The position numbers were made by a program, and so were the translations under genes. Of a stretch of DNA of 64,000 nucleotides, positions 24,960-39,460 are shown piece by piece. Origin of the DNA: Octopus sinensis (taxonomy: Eukaryota); NCBI RefSeq assembly GCF_006345805.1, contig NC_043003.1:104098001-104162000 (forward strand), read 5' to 3'. How positions within the stretch are numbered: position 1 is the first letter of the stretch; every line of letters begins with the position of its first letter. Below the pieces are notes generated by a model, which worked only from the letters and a program-made list of their open reading frames with translations, ran no database searches and had not been told where the DNA came from.

Positions 24960-27475
24960 ATCATCAGCATCATCATCGTTTAACAGCTACCTTCCATGCT
25001 GGCATGGGTGGGATGGTTTGACAGGAGCTGGCTAGGCTGAAGCCTGCACCAGACTTCTGTAACTGTTTTAGCAGGACTTATACAGCTGGATGCTCCTCCT
25101 AACACCAACCACCCAGCAGAGTAAACTGAGTGCTTTTTATGTGGTACAAGCACGGGCAAGGTCAGTTTTGGCAAGGTTCTTACAGCTGGATGCCTTTTCA
25201 AATGCCAACCACTTTACAGTGTGGAACTGGATGCTTTTTAAGTGGCACCTGCACTGACAGGGTCACCAAGTAACTGACATGACAGAAATCTTTTGAGTGG
25301 GGAGGGGGTATTGGAGGAGGCGATCTTGTGTCAGATGATGAAAGATTATAGTGAGACAGAGAGACAGAAACAGGTGTCTTGCTGTAGAGAAGGTACAAGG
25401 TTACCTGGCTGGAGAAAGAGAGATCAAGAATGAAGACAGAAACAAGTATGCTACCACAAAGGAAATACATAGTTACCCAAACTGAATGAAGTGCAGGAGA
25501 AAAAGAGAGAGCGTGGGAGGCAGCGGGATAGAGATAGTGGCAAAGTGCTGGACATACTCGCAAGGGATGGGGATCAGAATATAAATGGGACGGTTGAGTA
25601 AAGGGAGAGAGAGATACAGATGGTGGCAAGTGCCAGGGTATAGCATTGAGGTTCGAAGGTTATAATATAAGTGGCAGAATATTGCAAAAGAAGCAAGATT
25701 AGAGAGTGTATAGGGGTGGGGAAGTGAGTGGTGAAAACCTAGGTATATATAGAGTATGAGAGAGGCTACCGGATAGCAATGTTACGGAGAAACAGAGCCA
25801 TGAGGACAGGATTGGGGAATGAGAGGTAAGCATAGTATATGAAGGAGGAAATGTGAGGAAGAGATGTAGATTGGTTTGTTGGGCTAAGGTGTGTGAAAAG
25901 TTTTCTGTTACATATGAGTCGAACACACAGGTTGGGAGCTAGTGGATAGCAATGATGTGATACAGGGCCAAGAGGACAGGGTTGGGGAGTGGGAGGTAAG
26001 CATAGTGTATGAAGTGGAAATGCAAGAAGAGATGTAGAAATGTAGTTTGGTTTGTTGTGGTAGAGTGTGTGAGAAGTTTTCTTAAGTGTCGGTGGGACAC
26101 ACAGCACTTCTAGAACTCGGTTTCGCTGACATGGGTGAGTCTTCTCAAAAACCTCATATCACCAGACATCTCAGTCCATTGTAATTTCCTCCATGAGGCC
26201 CAACATCCTGAGATCAGTCCTTACCACTTCATCCCACATCTTCCTGGGTCTCCCTCATCTGTGGGCACCAGACACTTTCAGTGTTCAGCACTTCTTTATG
26301 CAGCTGTCCTCATTCATACTCATCACATGTCCAAACCAACGTAGTCTTCTCTCTTGTATGCTACATTTGATTCTTCTTATGCCCAACTTTTCTCTCAATA
26401 GATTTGCACTTTATTGTACATGCACACAGATGTTGCACATCCAACAGAGCATACTACCTTCGTTTCTCTCCAGTCACAGGTCTTTTGCATTCAGAGCCCA
26501 TGTCTCACCACCATGGAGTATAGTTGTTTGCACACAAGCATCATACAGTCTACTTTTCACTCTGAGGGAGAGTCCTTTTGTTACTAACAGAGGTAATAGC
26601 TATCTGAACTTCCTCCACCCTATTCTTATTCTAGAAATAACACATTCAAAGCATCATCCACCATTGCTAATTTGGTCACCTAGGTAATTGAAACTATCTA
26701 CAACCTCAAGAGAGCCTCCTGGGCATTTCAGAGAATCTAAGTGTCATGTGCTCTTAATGCTTAATGTTCCTGCACATCTGCCACATACAAAGATGACTTT
26801 ATCTGTTAATCTACCAGCGTCTCTTATGTGTCCATAGTTTACACTGAGTGCAGTAAATGGGAATTTCTTCCAACTCCTTTCCTACATACTGAGCAGGGCC
26901 ATTTACCTGATGGAAAGAGAGTTTTATCTTCTTTCTTACTAACAACAACTTTGGTTTTTGTTAAGTTAGATTTAAGGCTTTTTGATTCCAGGTTTTGTTT
27001 CCGTACCTGGAATTTCTTCTCCAATTCTGCTAAAGAATCTGCAATAAGAGCAAGGTCATCAGCATATAGCAGTTCCTACAGGCCCCGGTTTTGAATTCCT
27101 CTGTTATGGCCTGGAGGACTATAATGAATAAGAGTGGGATGGGAACTGAGCCCTGGCAAACCCCTACCTGCATGCTGAATTCATCACTGTATTCATGGCC
27201 AACTCTCCCCTTACTGACAGCACTATTGTACATGGTTCGCACAGCTCTAGCAAACCACTCCTCTACTCATAACTTCCTTAGAGACCACCATATTGAAGAG
27301 TGGGGAACTCTGCTGAAAAGTTGCTCCAGGTCGACCAAGGCTAAGTAGAATGGCTTACTTTTGACCAAGTACTTTTCCTGCAGCTGTCGCACAAAGGAAA
27401 TGGCATCTGTGGTACTCTTCCCAGGTACAAAACCAAACTGCATTTCATATGTATGTACTCCTTTTTCTGACAGCA

Positions 27476-27476
<1 letters not shown>
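24960..27476 (-). mobile_element. Decayed RTE LINE (RT to 3' end) with long pyrimidine-rich UTR
   Basis: EMQFGFVPGKSTTDAI, VDLEQLFSRVP, VGVCQGSV..PLLFIIVL, KTKVVVS...WPCSVCRKGVG; 3' hairpin units and (GAT)n tail. Confidence 0.85.
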
Positions 27477-27526
<50 letters not shown>

Positions 27527-27704
27527 CAAATCTATAGTAAACAAAAGACAAAGGTGAAGGAACAAGCAGGTGTATTAATTTAATGCTCAGGAAGAATAGA
27601 AAAGTTTTGATGTTTTGAGCCTATGCTCTTTGACGGAAAAGATTGAGAGAAAAAATTTATAGGGATTACTGGCTCAACATAATGAAAATGATATATATAT
27701 ATAT

Positions 27705-29303
27705 AATAATGAAATTATTGTGTATAGTGCTCAGGTGCACTACAACTCATCAAAAGTGAATGTACAGTACATAGAATTATGTACAAAAGTCAGGAAAATG
27801 AACAGTATATGAATCATGATGTACATGTATGCATGTGTATGGAGGGGGTGGGGATATCAGGTGTCACAGTGGCAAATTTCAGGAAGCCTGGTGGTTTTAA
27901 AGGATGCAATATCTTGGCAACTAACAACTGATGCAGGTAATTTGTTCCATGCTTCAGCAACTCTGAGTGTGAAAAAATGTTTCTGAAAGGTATGGGAGCC
28001 ATGCTGTTTACTGACTTTGTAGGTATGCCCACATGTGTTAGACACATGGAGCTCAAAAAAGTTCTCAGAATGGTTGTTGGCACGATGATTAATAATTTTG
28101 TGGGTGTTTACAAAATCAGTTGCCAGATGTAGCTTCACTAAATCTATTCCCAGGGGAACAAGATGTTCAGAGTAAGGTAGATGCCTAATGAAGGGTATTC
28201 ACTTGGTTGCCCGTCTCTGAACAGTTTCCAGGAGGTCAATGTCCTGAGCAAGATAGGATTCAAGACTGGTAGTGCAAATTCTAAGTATTGCTGCACCATA
28301 GCCATATACAAGCTTAAATAGATAGCTGGAGAGTGGCTGACAAAGGTCTTGCTGAGTGATACCAAGATACCCTCGGCCTTCTTGACAGTTTTAGAGATAT
28401 GCTTTGTCCTGTGCAAATCACTGCTGACAGTAATGGTCAGGTCACATTCACAAGAAGTCTTCTTGATATTAGTGTTGTGGAGAAAGTGTGTGGATGCTGG
28501 GTTTTCCTCCCAAAATGCATAGTGGTACACTTGTCCACAGCCAGCTTGAGTTGCCAGTCAGTAATCCATTGTTGCTTTGTGTCCAGGTCCGATTGAAAGA
28601 TGTTCAGGATCTGTCTTTTTATCTCAAGATACAGCTAGACGTCATCTGCATATTTCAGCACTGTGGTATTCTTTACGTTGGCATCTATGTCATTAATGTA
28701 TGCAACAAACAAAAGGGGACCAAGAACAGTTCCCTGTGGTACACCAGATGACATCTCATAGGGTGAAGAATGCTATCCTAGAACCGTGACTGCCTCTTTT
28801 TGGCTGAGAATGAAGGACTCCAACCAGTTAAAAAGATCATCTTTCACACCTATTGCAGGGTTTTGCCATAAGTCATTTGTGTGGCACAGAATTAAAAGCC
28901 TTAGCAAAGTCAAGTTAAACAACATCCATCCATGAGCCGTCATCAGTGACCCAGGGGATGTCTTCAAGAAACTTGATAAGTTGACCAGAACAGCTGGAGT
29001 TAGGGATAAATCCAAATTGCAAGGGCCAGATAAGGCTGTGAGAATTCCAGAAGTTCCAGAGTTTTTCTCTGACACATGATTCCATCAGTTTGGCAATGCA
29101 GTTAGTAGGACTGATTGGTCGATAGTTGACAGGTGATGTGCAGTCACCCTTTTCGAACAGAGAAATGACACTGGCAGTTTTCCACTGCTCTGGAGTAGCA
29201 CCGTTGTTAAGACAGAACTGAAAGATGAGTGTAAGTTGGTGCAGAAGAAAATACCCACCATGTTGGAGAAGTTACAAGATCAGGAGAGGCATAGTTGCGC
29301 TTA
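27705..29303 (-). mobile_element. Decayed CR1-group LINE (RT and 3' tail)
   Basis: QWKTASVISLFEKGD...NYRPIS, GVPQGTVLGP, FFTLRVAEAWNKLPASVV; (TTA)n-type tail. Confidence 0.85.
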
Positions 29304-29542
29304 TTACTTCCCTTATATATGCCAAAAATGCATTAAAATGGAAAAAAAATTATGGTAAATTTTTTTTTAAATCGTAGACTCATCGTAGACTCATCGTAGA
29401 CTCATCGTAGACGCGTGCTAATACCCACAAGGGCTCAATATAAGATACCTGGTTTTGGTTAAACTGCACCGCAAAATGTGGGAGTAGTTAGGAATCTAAA
29501 TTGTAGGAGACAGACAGCACACAACCTCACTTTTATATATAA

Positions 29543-29545
<3 letters not shown>
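29304..29545 (-). mobile_element. Helitron 5' half
   Basis: Matches the 23771 copy from TTACTTCCC to the terminal AAAGA; contains a tandem-amplified TCGTAGACTCA unit. Confidence 0.85.
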
Positions 29546-30037
<492 letters not shown>

Positions 30038-30334
30038 ACTGACATCTGTGGTCTTCCATAACACTTCTTATGAACATTATGAACAGTTCTGTATGCTTGG
30101 AACCTCTCTCTGATTCAAGTGATGGTGAGTCACATAAGTGAATCTGTTTGAAATTCCATCTTAATCTGTGTCAAGACTGTATCTCGATACTACCCCAGCA
30201 TTTTCAAATTTCCAGTAGCCCTTTAAAATAAATATCCTTCGTTTACAGCTTAGTCTGGCTCCCATTATTTCTAAGAGGTTAAATCTAAAAATAAACGAAA
30301 ATTGAGTTATCAGTTGTTAAAAAATGCATATATA

Positions 30335-30640
30335 GGCGCAGGAGTGGCTATGTGGTAAGTAGCTTGCTAACCAACCACATGGTTCCAGGTTCAGTCCCAC
30401 TGCATAGCATCTTGGGCAAGTGTCTTCTGCTATAGCCCCGGGCTGACCAATGCCTTGTGAGTGGATTCGGTAGACGGAAACTGAAAGAAGCCTGTCGTAT
30501 ATATGTATATATATATGTATATGTGTGTGTGTTTGTCCCCCTAGAATAAGTCCCGGAGTCGATTTGCTCGACTAAAGACGGTGCTCCAGCATGGCCACAG
30601 TCAAATGACTGAAACAAGTAAAAGAGTAAAAGAGTAAAAG
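30335..30640 (+). mobile_element. SINE family A with internal deletion
   Basis: GGCGCAGGAGTGGC head and (GAGTAAAA)n tail. Confidence 0.9.
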
Positions 30641-30929
30641 ATATCTTTTGGGGACACTCTATGTTTGCAAGTGTGTGTATGTGTATGTGTATGTGTGTGT
30701 GTGTGTCTGTCTGTATGTATGTATGTATGTACACACATACACTTGACAATTTTAAAGTCTCCTTTTGATTTATTAGTGAACAGTCAATGGCACTGGAGAC
30801 ATAAAGATTAAAATTGTAATTGAGAAAAAGTTAGCTGACATGGTGGGCTGAAAGTTATCTGAATATTGGAAAAGAGTTACCTGTATCATGATGATTTGTA
30901 CCAGGTATCAAAATACCAACATCATGACT

Positions 30930-31440
30930 GCTGCTCAATGCTCTGGGAGCACTGTAAAAGCTTCCTTCAATTCAATAAGATCTGGTCATCAAATCTAAGT
31001 AGAGATTTCAAATTTAAAATCTTCAAAGCCACAGGCGAACCAATTCTACTATATGGCTCAGAAACCTGGACATTATCAAAGAAGCTTGTTAGGCGGTTGC
31101 ATGGAACTTACACTTGCCTTCTTATGAGAGCTCAAAATCTCCCATGGAAGCGTCATCCAATCAATGTACAAATATATGGGAAACTACCACCTGTATCATC
31201 TCTTGTGAAAGGTAGAAGAGTCCAGTTTGCTGGACATTGTTGTAGAGCTGAAAATGAGGAAATTTCTACTCTTCTCCTCTGGAAGCCATCTGCTCGTGAT
31301 ACACTCTCCTACCCTGATGTAATCTCCAGGGATACAGGCATCCAGCAACAGGACCTCCGTAATGCTATGATGGACCGTGAAGTCTGGCGTAACATAGTAA
31401 ATTCCATTGTCTCGACCACGGTCGAACAATGAAAATGAAT
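30930..31440 (+). mobile_element. RTE-like LINE 3' fragment (second family)
   Basis: KIWSSNLSRDFKFKIFKAT.EPILLYGSETWTLS...RRVQFAGHCCR. Confidence 0.8.
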
Positions 31441-31530
31441 GAAGCTGCTAGAGACTGGTCAAACTCTGGCCAGAGTGGGTCACTGCTGCAAGGCTAAATG
31501 TGTCCAGCAGCAGGATTCATCTCCTTGCCA

Positions 31531-31691
31531 TCTCTAAAAATTTATTATTAAATCTCAGAACGTAAAAAGCTACAGTAACACCCCCCCTTTGTGGTTAGCC
31601 ATATTGAGATGGCTATTATACTTACATCTCTAAAAATGCTTATATAGTTATTTCCCTTACAAACCCGAGCAACACCAGGCGATACTGCTAG
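31531..31691 (+). mobile_element. Helitron 3' half
   Basis: Ends CCCGAGCAACACCAGGCGATACTGCTAG|T; complementary to the fragment at 29304. Confidence 0.85.
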
Positions 31692-32065
31692 TATATATAT
31701 ATATATATAAACAATGTAAAGGACAATGCAAAGTAAACTTAGTATAGATAACAGAGTAGTACTCAGCTGAACAAGACCTTAAATTTCAAGCTCTTCATCC
31801 AGGGCTGGCACCTCAGCATTGGAAGTTAGCAATAAAACTGATTCTTGTCAAGCTGTTATAGAAATGGCAATGCAGATTAAAAACAGTTGGCTTAAAGCAT
31901 GGATTTACATGGAATACAAAGTACTGATTACAGAATAAAGAAAACACTTTTTGTTTTATTTATGCTATAATCTGTATTTTGTATTCCATGTAAAATACAT
32001 GTTTTAAATCTACTGTGTTTATCTGCCTTTCTATTTCTCTCTCCCTCTCTTTCTGTATATATATA

Positions 32066-32459
32066 CTAGCAGTATTGCCCGGCGTTGCTCGGGTTTGTAA
32101 GGGAAATAACTATATAAGCATTTTTAGAGATGTAAAGTATAATAGCCATCTCAATATGGCTAACCACAAAGGGGGGTGTTACTGTAGCTTTTTACGTTCT
32201 GAGATTTAATAATACATTTTTAGAGAGTTACTTCCCTTATATAATAGCGAAAAAATGCATTAAAAATGGGAAAAACTGATGGTAAATTTTTTTTTAAATC
32301 GTAGACTCATCGTAGACGCGCGCTAATACCCAGAAGGGCTCGATATGAATCACAACTATAAGATACCGGTTTTGGTTAAACTGCACCGCAAAATGTGGGA
32401 GTAGTTAGGAATCTAAATCGTAGGAGACAGACAGCACACAACCTCACTTTTATATATAA

Positions 32460-32462
<3 letters not shown>
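32066..32462 (-). mobile_element. Full-length non-autonomous Helitron inserted in (TA)n
   Basis: CTAG at 32066, terminal GA at 32461-32462, TA repeats on both sides. Confidence 0.88.
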
Positions 32463-32505
<43 letters not shown>

Positions 32506-32517
32506 TCACACACACGT

Positions 32518-32549
<32 letters not shown>

Positions 32550-33269
32550 GCACAACCAGTGCTATTCATTTCCAATGTTCTGTGAAAACACATCTGACCA
32601 GGAGGAAATATCTTGCTTAGAAAGAGGTAAGATTTGGCAACAAGAAGGCCACCAAGCTGTTGAAAAGCTGCCTCAATAAATGCACCTGAGCACTGTATAC
32701 AATTATTTCATTATTATCATTATTATTATAACGACAAAGATGAAAATGATGATAACAATGATTTAGTTCAATTCTCTACTTTATTGTTTCTGTTACTCTA
32801 CCACCATTTTTTAAATGATTCATATATGACAAGAACATTTTATTCCCTGGGCACCAACTCAACACTATTCTCACCATTACTGACTCCAATATCCACACTT
32901 AACTCTGTGTAACCAATGTAAATACATCTCACAGCTAAATTACAAAACTGAGTATGGTGTTAGAAATATGGTTTTGTGTCAACAAATATTTGGCATAAGT
33001 CCTAATATTGATTTTTTGTAAGGACAAAAAGTCCTTCAATATACAAATAGACTGGATAAAATGAGATTGCATAGCATTCTTGCCTTTCCTTGAGACATAA
33101 ATGATAAGTACAGTGACTAAAACAAGATATTTCTAGTATCTAATAGTAAGATAAAAGAATCATATGTGTGTGCGTGTGTGTGTATGCACATGCAAGTGCA
33201 TGCATGCGTGTGTATCAATGCAGTTTGGTTTTGTGCCAGGGAGAAGCAGTACTGTCTTCTTTGTAAGAT

Positions 33270-34140
33270 AACTGCTTTTAGCCAAAAATAAACTGCTTTA
33301 TTTGGCATTTGTCAACATCGAGAAAGGCTTTGATAGAATCCCTTGCTTCCTCATCTAGTGTTCAGTGTGAAAACTAGGGGTAGATGAGTAGTTGGTGAGA
33401 GCCATTCAAGCCATGTACAGGGGTGCTGTCAGTAGGATGAAAGTCAACTATGTGTATGGCAACAAATTTGGTGAGCAGGTAGAAATTTACCAAGGAGCAC
33501 TTCTTGGTCCTCTCTTGTTTATCACAATCCTCCAGGCCATAACAGAGGAATTCAAAACTGGTTGCCCATGGGAGCACCTGTATGCTGATGACCTTGTTCT
33601 TATAGCTGAATCTCTAGTAGAATTAGTGAAGAAATTTCAGGTGTGGAAGTAAGGACTGGAATCAAAGGGCCTTAGATTTGATTTAGCAAAGATCAAAGTA
33701 TTAGTAAGAAGAAAAGCAAACAAATTAGCAACACCTTCAAGGAAATAACCCTACACGATATGTAGTGTGGGTAGAAATTCCATAGAGTTTACCCAGTGCA
33801 AAGTATGGATATATAAGAGGTGTAATGAAATAACAGGAATATTTATAGAGAAAGTTGTTTTTGTGTCTGGAAGATGTAAAAAAAAAAAAAAAATAAGGCC
33901 TAGGAACACACAGGAAACAGATTTCTTCCAATGCCCAGGGTGACCCTTAGAGGTACAGACAGTTTCTGTTACATAGGTGACCAAATTAGCAGTGAAGGAG
34001 GATGCTCCAAGAGTGTAATTGCTGGACTAAGATCTGGCTGGGCAAAGTTCAGAGAGCTATTACCTCTGTTGGTACCAAAGTGCTTTTACTTCAGAGTGAA
34101 AGGCAGGTTGTATGGTGCCTGTACGTGAATAGCTTTGATA
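33270..34140 (+). mobile_element. Decayed RTE LINE RT fragment
   Basis: VRAIQAMY...QGALLGPLLFITIL...LYADDLVLIAES; SFCYIGDQIS...WAKFRELLPLL. Confidence 0.85.
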
Positions 34141-34266
34141 TTTATGCTCTTTGCTCACCTGAAAGTTTATTCTAAAGCATAAGTATATTGAGTTCTAACA
34201 ATTGGTTTTTTGTATTGCTATGCCTCAGTGAAATCATAACACACACATACACACACACATTTTGTA

Positions 34267-34760
34267 TTATCATCATCATCATCATCGTTTAACGTCCGCT
34301 TTCCATGCTAGCATGGGTTGGACGGTTTGACTGTAGGCTGGCGAACCAGATGGCTGCACCAGGCTCCAGTTTCTACAGCTGGATGCCCTTCCTAACGCCA
34401 ACCACTCCGAGAGTATAGTGGGTGCTTTTACGTGCCACTGGCATGGGGGCCAGGCAGGCAGTACTGGCAACGACCTCACTCGAATCCTTTACACATGCCA
34501 ATGGCACAGGTGCCAATAAGGTGATGCTGGTAACAATCCTACTCGAATAGTGCCTCCTACCTGCCACCGGCACGGAAGCCAGTTAGCCGCTCTGGCAACG
34601 ATCATACTCGGATGGTGCCCTTACCACCCTACTAGCACGGGGAACAAGTGCCAGTAAGGTGAAGCTAGCAATGATCACACTCGAATGGTGCCTTTTATGT
34701 GCCATTGGCACAGAAGCCAGTTAGCCGTTCTGTCAACGATCACGCTCGTATGGTGCTCGT
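34267..34760 (-). mobile_element. RTE 3' UTR-only copy with several hairpin units
   Basis: (CAT)n then CGTTTAACGTCCGCTTTCCATGCTAGCATGGG and tandem GCCAG/CTGGC units. Confidence 0.8.
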
Positions 34761-35011
34761 GCCCATCATCAAATTTCACTTTGATTTTTTAATTTCGATT
34801 TTGTATGTTATATACATATACAGGAAACCCTCACTTTATGGAAGTAATGCAAAATTGATTTTGGAATTGATTTTCCAATTTTCATATTATCAAGTGAGAT
34901 TGTGTAAATACGGACTTTTATGAAAAAGAAAAAAAAGAAGCACAAGAAACAAAGCAATACAATCACCTTTATACATAAAAATACTTTTTCCTGAACATAC
35001 ACAGTGTTATA

Positions 35012-35413
35012 TCTTTATATATAAAAGAGAGGTTGTGTGCTGTCTGTCTCCTACGATTTAGATTCCTAACTCCTCCCACATTTTGCGGTGCAGTTTAACC
35101 AAAACCAGGTATCTTATAGTCGTGATTCATATCGAGCCCTTCTGGGTATTAGCGCACGTCTATGATGAGTCTACGATTTAAAAAAAAATTTACCATCAAT
35201 TTTTTCCATTTTAATGCATTTTTTTCGCTATTATATAAGGGAAGTAACTCTCTAAAAATGTCTACGATGAGTCAACGATTTAAAAAAAAAATTTACCATC
35301 AATTTTTTTCCATTTTTAATGCATCTTTTTGCTATTTTTTGGCTATAACTCTCTAAAAATGCTTATATAGTTATTTCCCTTACAAACCCGAGCAACGCCG
35401 GTGATACTGCTAG
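35012..35413 (+). mobile_element. Full-length non-autonomous Helitron with internal ~110 bp duplication
   Basis: A|TC...CTAG|T. The GATGAGTC...AACTCTCTAAAAATG block occurs twice. Confidence 0.88.
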
Positions 35414-35849
35414 TAGATACATAAAAAAAAAAAAGAAACATTTAAAGAGGAATGAGCAAGGGAGTTAATAAGACTTGTAATATCATAAGAGTATGTTCTT
35501 ACCACAAAAGATGTTAACAACAGTGTGAGGGGAGGGAATGAGGATTACTTGAAGGATGAGAAACGACATTTACAATGAGTGAAGAACTTATGCAAACATA
35601 ACTCCTTTTGTAATGAAGATCCAAAAATATCCAGCAGTGTCATCATATTTTGTTTGGAATTGTATGTTTTAGCCACAGTAAGTTCAGACAGTAAGGCTGA
35701 TTAATTGCAATTAACTAAACTGCTCAAAGGTTTTAAAACATCAAAATCCAAAAATGTCTTGGATATTGGTAGTAGACTTGCTAAGGAAGAATATATGCTG
35801 TCATTTTGCTCTGAAAATCTATTATCTATCTGTCCCATGCTAGATAATA

Positions 35850-36642
35850 GATCGCCTCAGACTGGACAGCTCGCGAGACCATTAGCACTGGACAACGACC
35901 CATCAATGACAACACGGTACAATGTCGACTGGCTGCCAACAACCTGCGTTGCCATCATCCTACTTGAGGGTCTGTCCTCACTGCCCGACACCATCAGGCA
36001 TGACTACAATGGACTACACAGCACTGACATTGGTGGCATCAACAATGGAGGTTGATAGTCTTCTCTGATGAGAGCCGGTACTGCCTTTCAACCTCAGATG
36101 GGTGAGTGAGGGTGTGGCGCAGGAGGGGTGAATGCTACAGAGATACATGTGTCATGGAGAGAGACATGCGGGTTGGCCAAAGCATCATGGTTTGGGGTGC
36201 ATTAGGCCTGAATCAGAGAATTGAGCCCCATGGGTTCCAAAATGTTGGTGCAGGCAGAGGGGATGGTATCACAGCGCAGCACTACGTTGACCAGATCCTA
36301 AGACCTCACATTATGCCCTTCTTCACATGTCACCATAGCCATGTGTTTCAGCAGGACAATGCTCCTTCCCACATGACCAGGACTTCCTGCATCAGCACAA
36401 TATCAGAACCATGTGTGGCCAACTCTCAGCCTGGATTTGAACTTAATTGAACACCTATGGGATGAAATCCAGAGATGGCTAAACCAGGTGGTTCCAAGCC
36501 TAACAACTCATGTGGAACTGGAGGCAGCTTTCCTCAGGTATGGGCACAGGTGTCAATGGATTTTGTGAACCGCCTCATGCACTCCATGTACCAGCAGTGT
36601 ATGGCCATTTTGAACACCTAGGGAGGGCATGCACAGTATTGA
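35850..36642 (+). mobile_element. Tc1-family transposase pseudogene
   Basis: VFSDESRYCL, VWRRRGE, SIMVWGA, FQQDNAPSH, DLNLIEHLWDEI, GGHAQY*; contains stops and frameshifts. Confidence 0.9.
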
Positions 36643-37177
36643 AAATGTCACACCCTACACTCTCGATGTGCTAGCTCTGGCTAATGATCCGGTTCTTGAC
36701 TGAGGATAGAAAGCTTCGAATGACCTGTCCTTGTTTTTTTGTATCGTCTATCTGGATGTTTTGTTGTCCCTTTTTGTATCACCTAGTTGTCCGGATGTTT
36801 TGCGTTCTTGTCCCATTTTGTATTTTATACATATATATATATATATATATATAGTGGCGTACTTACACTTTGTTCTCTTATATGTAAGTACACATTTTAT
36901 ATATATATATATACACACATAAATATCTGGTCAATGCTTCTATAATCTGCTAATGGTATTGACCAAGTATGATGATGGTTGATTGATTATACCAAATAAA
37001 ATAGTATCCATGCATCTACATAACTATATGGCTAAATATAGATTGTTTTTGTTTTATTTTGTGGTACCATAAACTTAAAAGTGCTCTCTACTGCTTGGTG
37101 TTAGAAGTGTATCAGTTCTGATTTATGTGTAAGGTGAATATGGAATACATGTGTATATGTGTATGTACAATGTATGT

Positions 37178-37223
<46 letters not shown>

Positions 37224-37320
37224 ACTCACATATGTCTATATGCATGCACAGATATAAATACATGCATATATATGTGTGTGTGTGTATGGGTATGAAAATA
37301 CATATTTGTACATGTATGCA

Positions 37321-37383
<63 letters not shown>

Positions 37384-37837
37384 ATGTACATACATTTGGT
37401 ATAACCTTTCCTTTCTATCCTTTTTCTACCGTAATTACATTTTAAAGATTTTTTCCCTTCTCTTATCATAATCTGATGGTTACTACCGAGAATAATTTGG
37501 GATATTTCCAGCTGAGTGAATGACAGAAAAATATTGAAAGTCTGGTTATAATGATTCCTGTAATGTTCTGAATTGTGACCCAACTGGTCATTTCTGACAT
37601 GGTCATTTTAATAGTAAATTACTTTGAAATCACTTCTTGTCAAATCCTGAACTCTCCTTTTGACAAACCCTCACAATCCCATATCACTTGTGAAGAATGG
37701 GTCTAGCCATTATCACTGTCTCGACTGTAGTTGATCACTCTGGCCAAAAATTAACTCACACCAAATTTCACAATGGTTTATCATGCTATAAATATATCCT
37801 TGATGATCTATCAATGTAAGAAAATCAATTTTTTCAG

Positions 37838-37956
37838 TTTGCAGTTTACCAGCAAGGAGAAGGCACTAAGAGCATTGAACAAACATAAAAATGCCAATTT
37901 TAGGTATTTCCAAACACATCAGGAGGTTGAAAACCTTGTTAAATCAATTAATTACT
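37838..37956 (+). CDS. Candidate exon encoding a viroplasmin/RNase H1 N-terminal-like domain, most similar to the ANKLE2 (LEM4) motif
   Basis: Acceptor tttttttcag (alternative ttgcag at 37844) and donor T|GTAAGC. FTSKEKALRALNKHKNANFRYFQTHQEVENLV aligns ungapped with the recalled human ANKLE2 segment [32 protein letters not shown]. Confidence 0.5.
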
Positions 37957-38292
37957 GTAAGCAAAGCTGTTTCTTGATACTTTTCTTTTCTATTCATCAA
38001 CGAGATTCCTGTATGAATGAGATTACCGAAAGCAAAGTTCTTTCAAGAGAAAGTGGCTAACCAAGTTGATAGGAGGCAACAGATAACCAGTAAAGAGTTC
38101 AGCAGCTTGTACCCTCACTAGGATTGCATCTATCCAGGGCCAAAACATCTAACTCTCTCTCCCACACTTGCTTTCTCTCTCTTTATTGCCTGGCTGATTG
38201 CCTGCCCACCTGCCTGCCAGCCTGCCCACCTACCTGCCTGCCTGCCTACTTACCTGCCTACCTACCTACCTATCTATCTATCTATCTATCTA

Positions 38293-38660
38293 CACAATCG
38301 TGCAGTGTCCAACAATCTCCGACCTGTGGACTTATGCCGAACGACTGCTGTCACGTGTGGAACGTGTCGGTTTATCAGCCAAGTCTATCGTTAATATCGT
38401 CACGCCTCCTTCCTTCAAACGGGAAGGAAGAGCTATTTTTATCATACTTGTGACTATGGCGAAAGAATGTATCTGGTGGACGCGCCTGAAAGGATTAGAG
38501 ACAAACACTTTCCTCTCTGGTCAATCTCTCATCAACTTCTTCTAGTATCACTTGAAAAGGAAAGTAAGAGTAGAGAGGCAAGTTTTGTTTTAAAAAAAGA
38601 TGGGTGAATGTAGCAAGGCACATATGAATAATGAAGCCACCTTGAGTATGATCCTATGAA
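38293..38660 (+). mobile_element. Tx1/L1-clade LINE 3' fragment
   Basis: IVQCPTISDLW...AKECIWWTR resembles the post-zinc-knuckle C-terminus of L1/Tx1 ORF2. Confidence 0.65.
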
Positions 38661-39116
38661 CAGTAAAAATTTAATACAGAGAGTTACTTATTTGTAAAAA
38701 AAAAATGTAACATGTGACTTCATTGACCGAGGTTGCTGTGGTCTTTTCCGTAGGCTTTTCTTTCCACGGGTAAACCCCACCTGTCTTTCCCTTTACACTT
38801 TATATTGACATTTCTGTGATAACGATCCCTATTGATTGATTTTTTCTTTTTCCTTTATTTCTACTCCCCCCTTTTTTTTTTGCATTTTTTGCAATATTAT
38901 TTTATATTTTATATTGAACTCATTTTTGTTTATCGCTCGCATATGACCGTTATTTGAAAGGACCAATCAAACAAGTCCATTTTTAAAGGTGTAACGTTTA
39001 TACTAGTCTTGATAGAATTGTCATATCAGTTCTATTTTAACAAAACTGTCAAACAAATGGGAACGTGAAACTCCGAGTAACAGGTTTTGTTGAATTTCTG
39101 CTGCTTTTAAATAAAG

Positions 39117-39148
<32 letters not shown>

Positions 39149-39256
39149 AGTGTGTGTGTGTACATATATGTATATGCATATATATGTGTATGTGTGTATG
39201 TATATATAAGGAAAAAATGCCAAGGTAGAAAATGCTAAAATATTTTTATAAAAAAC

Positions 39257-39300
39257 ATTTCAGTACCAGTTTTGTTCATTGAGGCTTTTTCAATTGTAAT
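39257..39300 (-). ncRNA. Decayed hammerhead-like motif with U3:A8 core, next to a possible PLE remnant
   Basis: Minus strand reads ATTACAA-TTGAAAA-agcctcaatgaac-AAAA-CTGG-TA-CTGAAAT. Several deviations are explicable by CpG decay (CGAAA, CCGG). Confidence 0.35.
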
Positions 39301-39460
39301 TATGGAAAACAATTAAATTTTGGAGAAATTAACTGACACCTATATTAAAAGAATCTTCGCATAGTATTCAAATACAAGGGGCATTTCCCTTGTTTCTGCC
39401 TGTCTCTGTCATTCTTGTTTACTCTTGTGAGTTCAAGGTCATTGTGAATTCTTGGCAGAG

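Noticed and set aside
27600-27640. Hammerhead-like GTCAAAGAGCATAGGCTCAAAACATC (minus)
   Set aside because: Core and stem I too degenerate to call as a feature; mentioned only as weak support.
30070-30130. Short ATG-initiated frame ending at a perfect GATG|GTGAGT donor
   Set aside because: No acceptor, promoter or recognisable peptide; such sites occur by chance.
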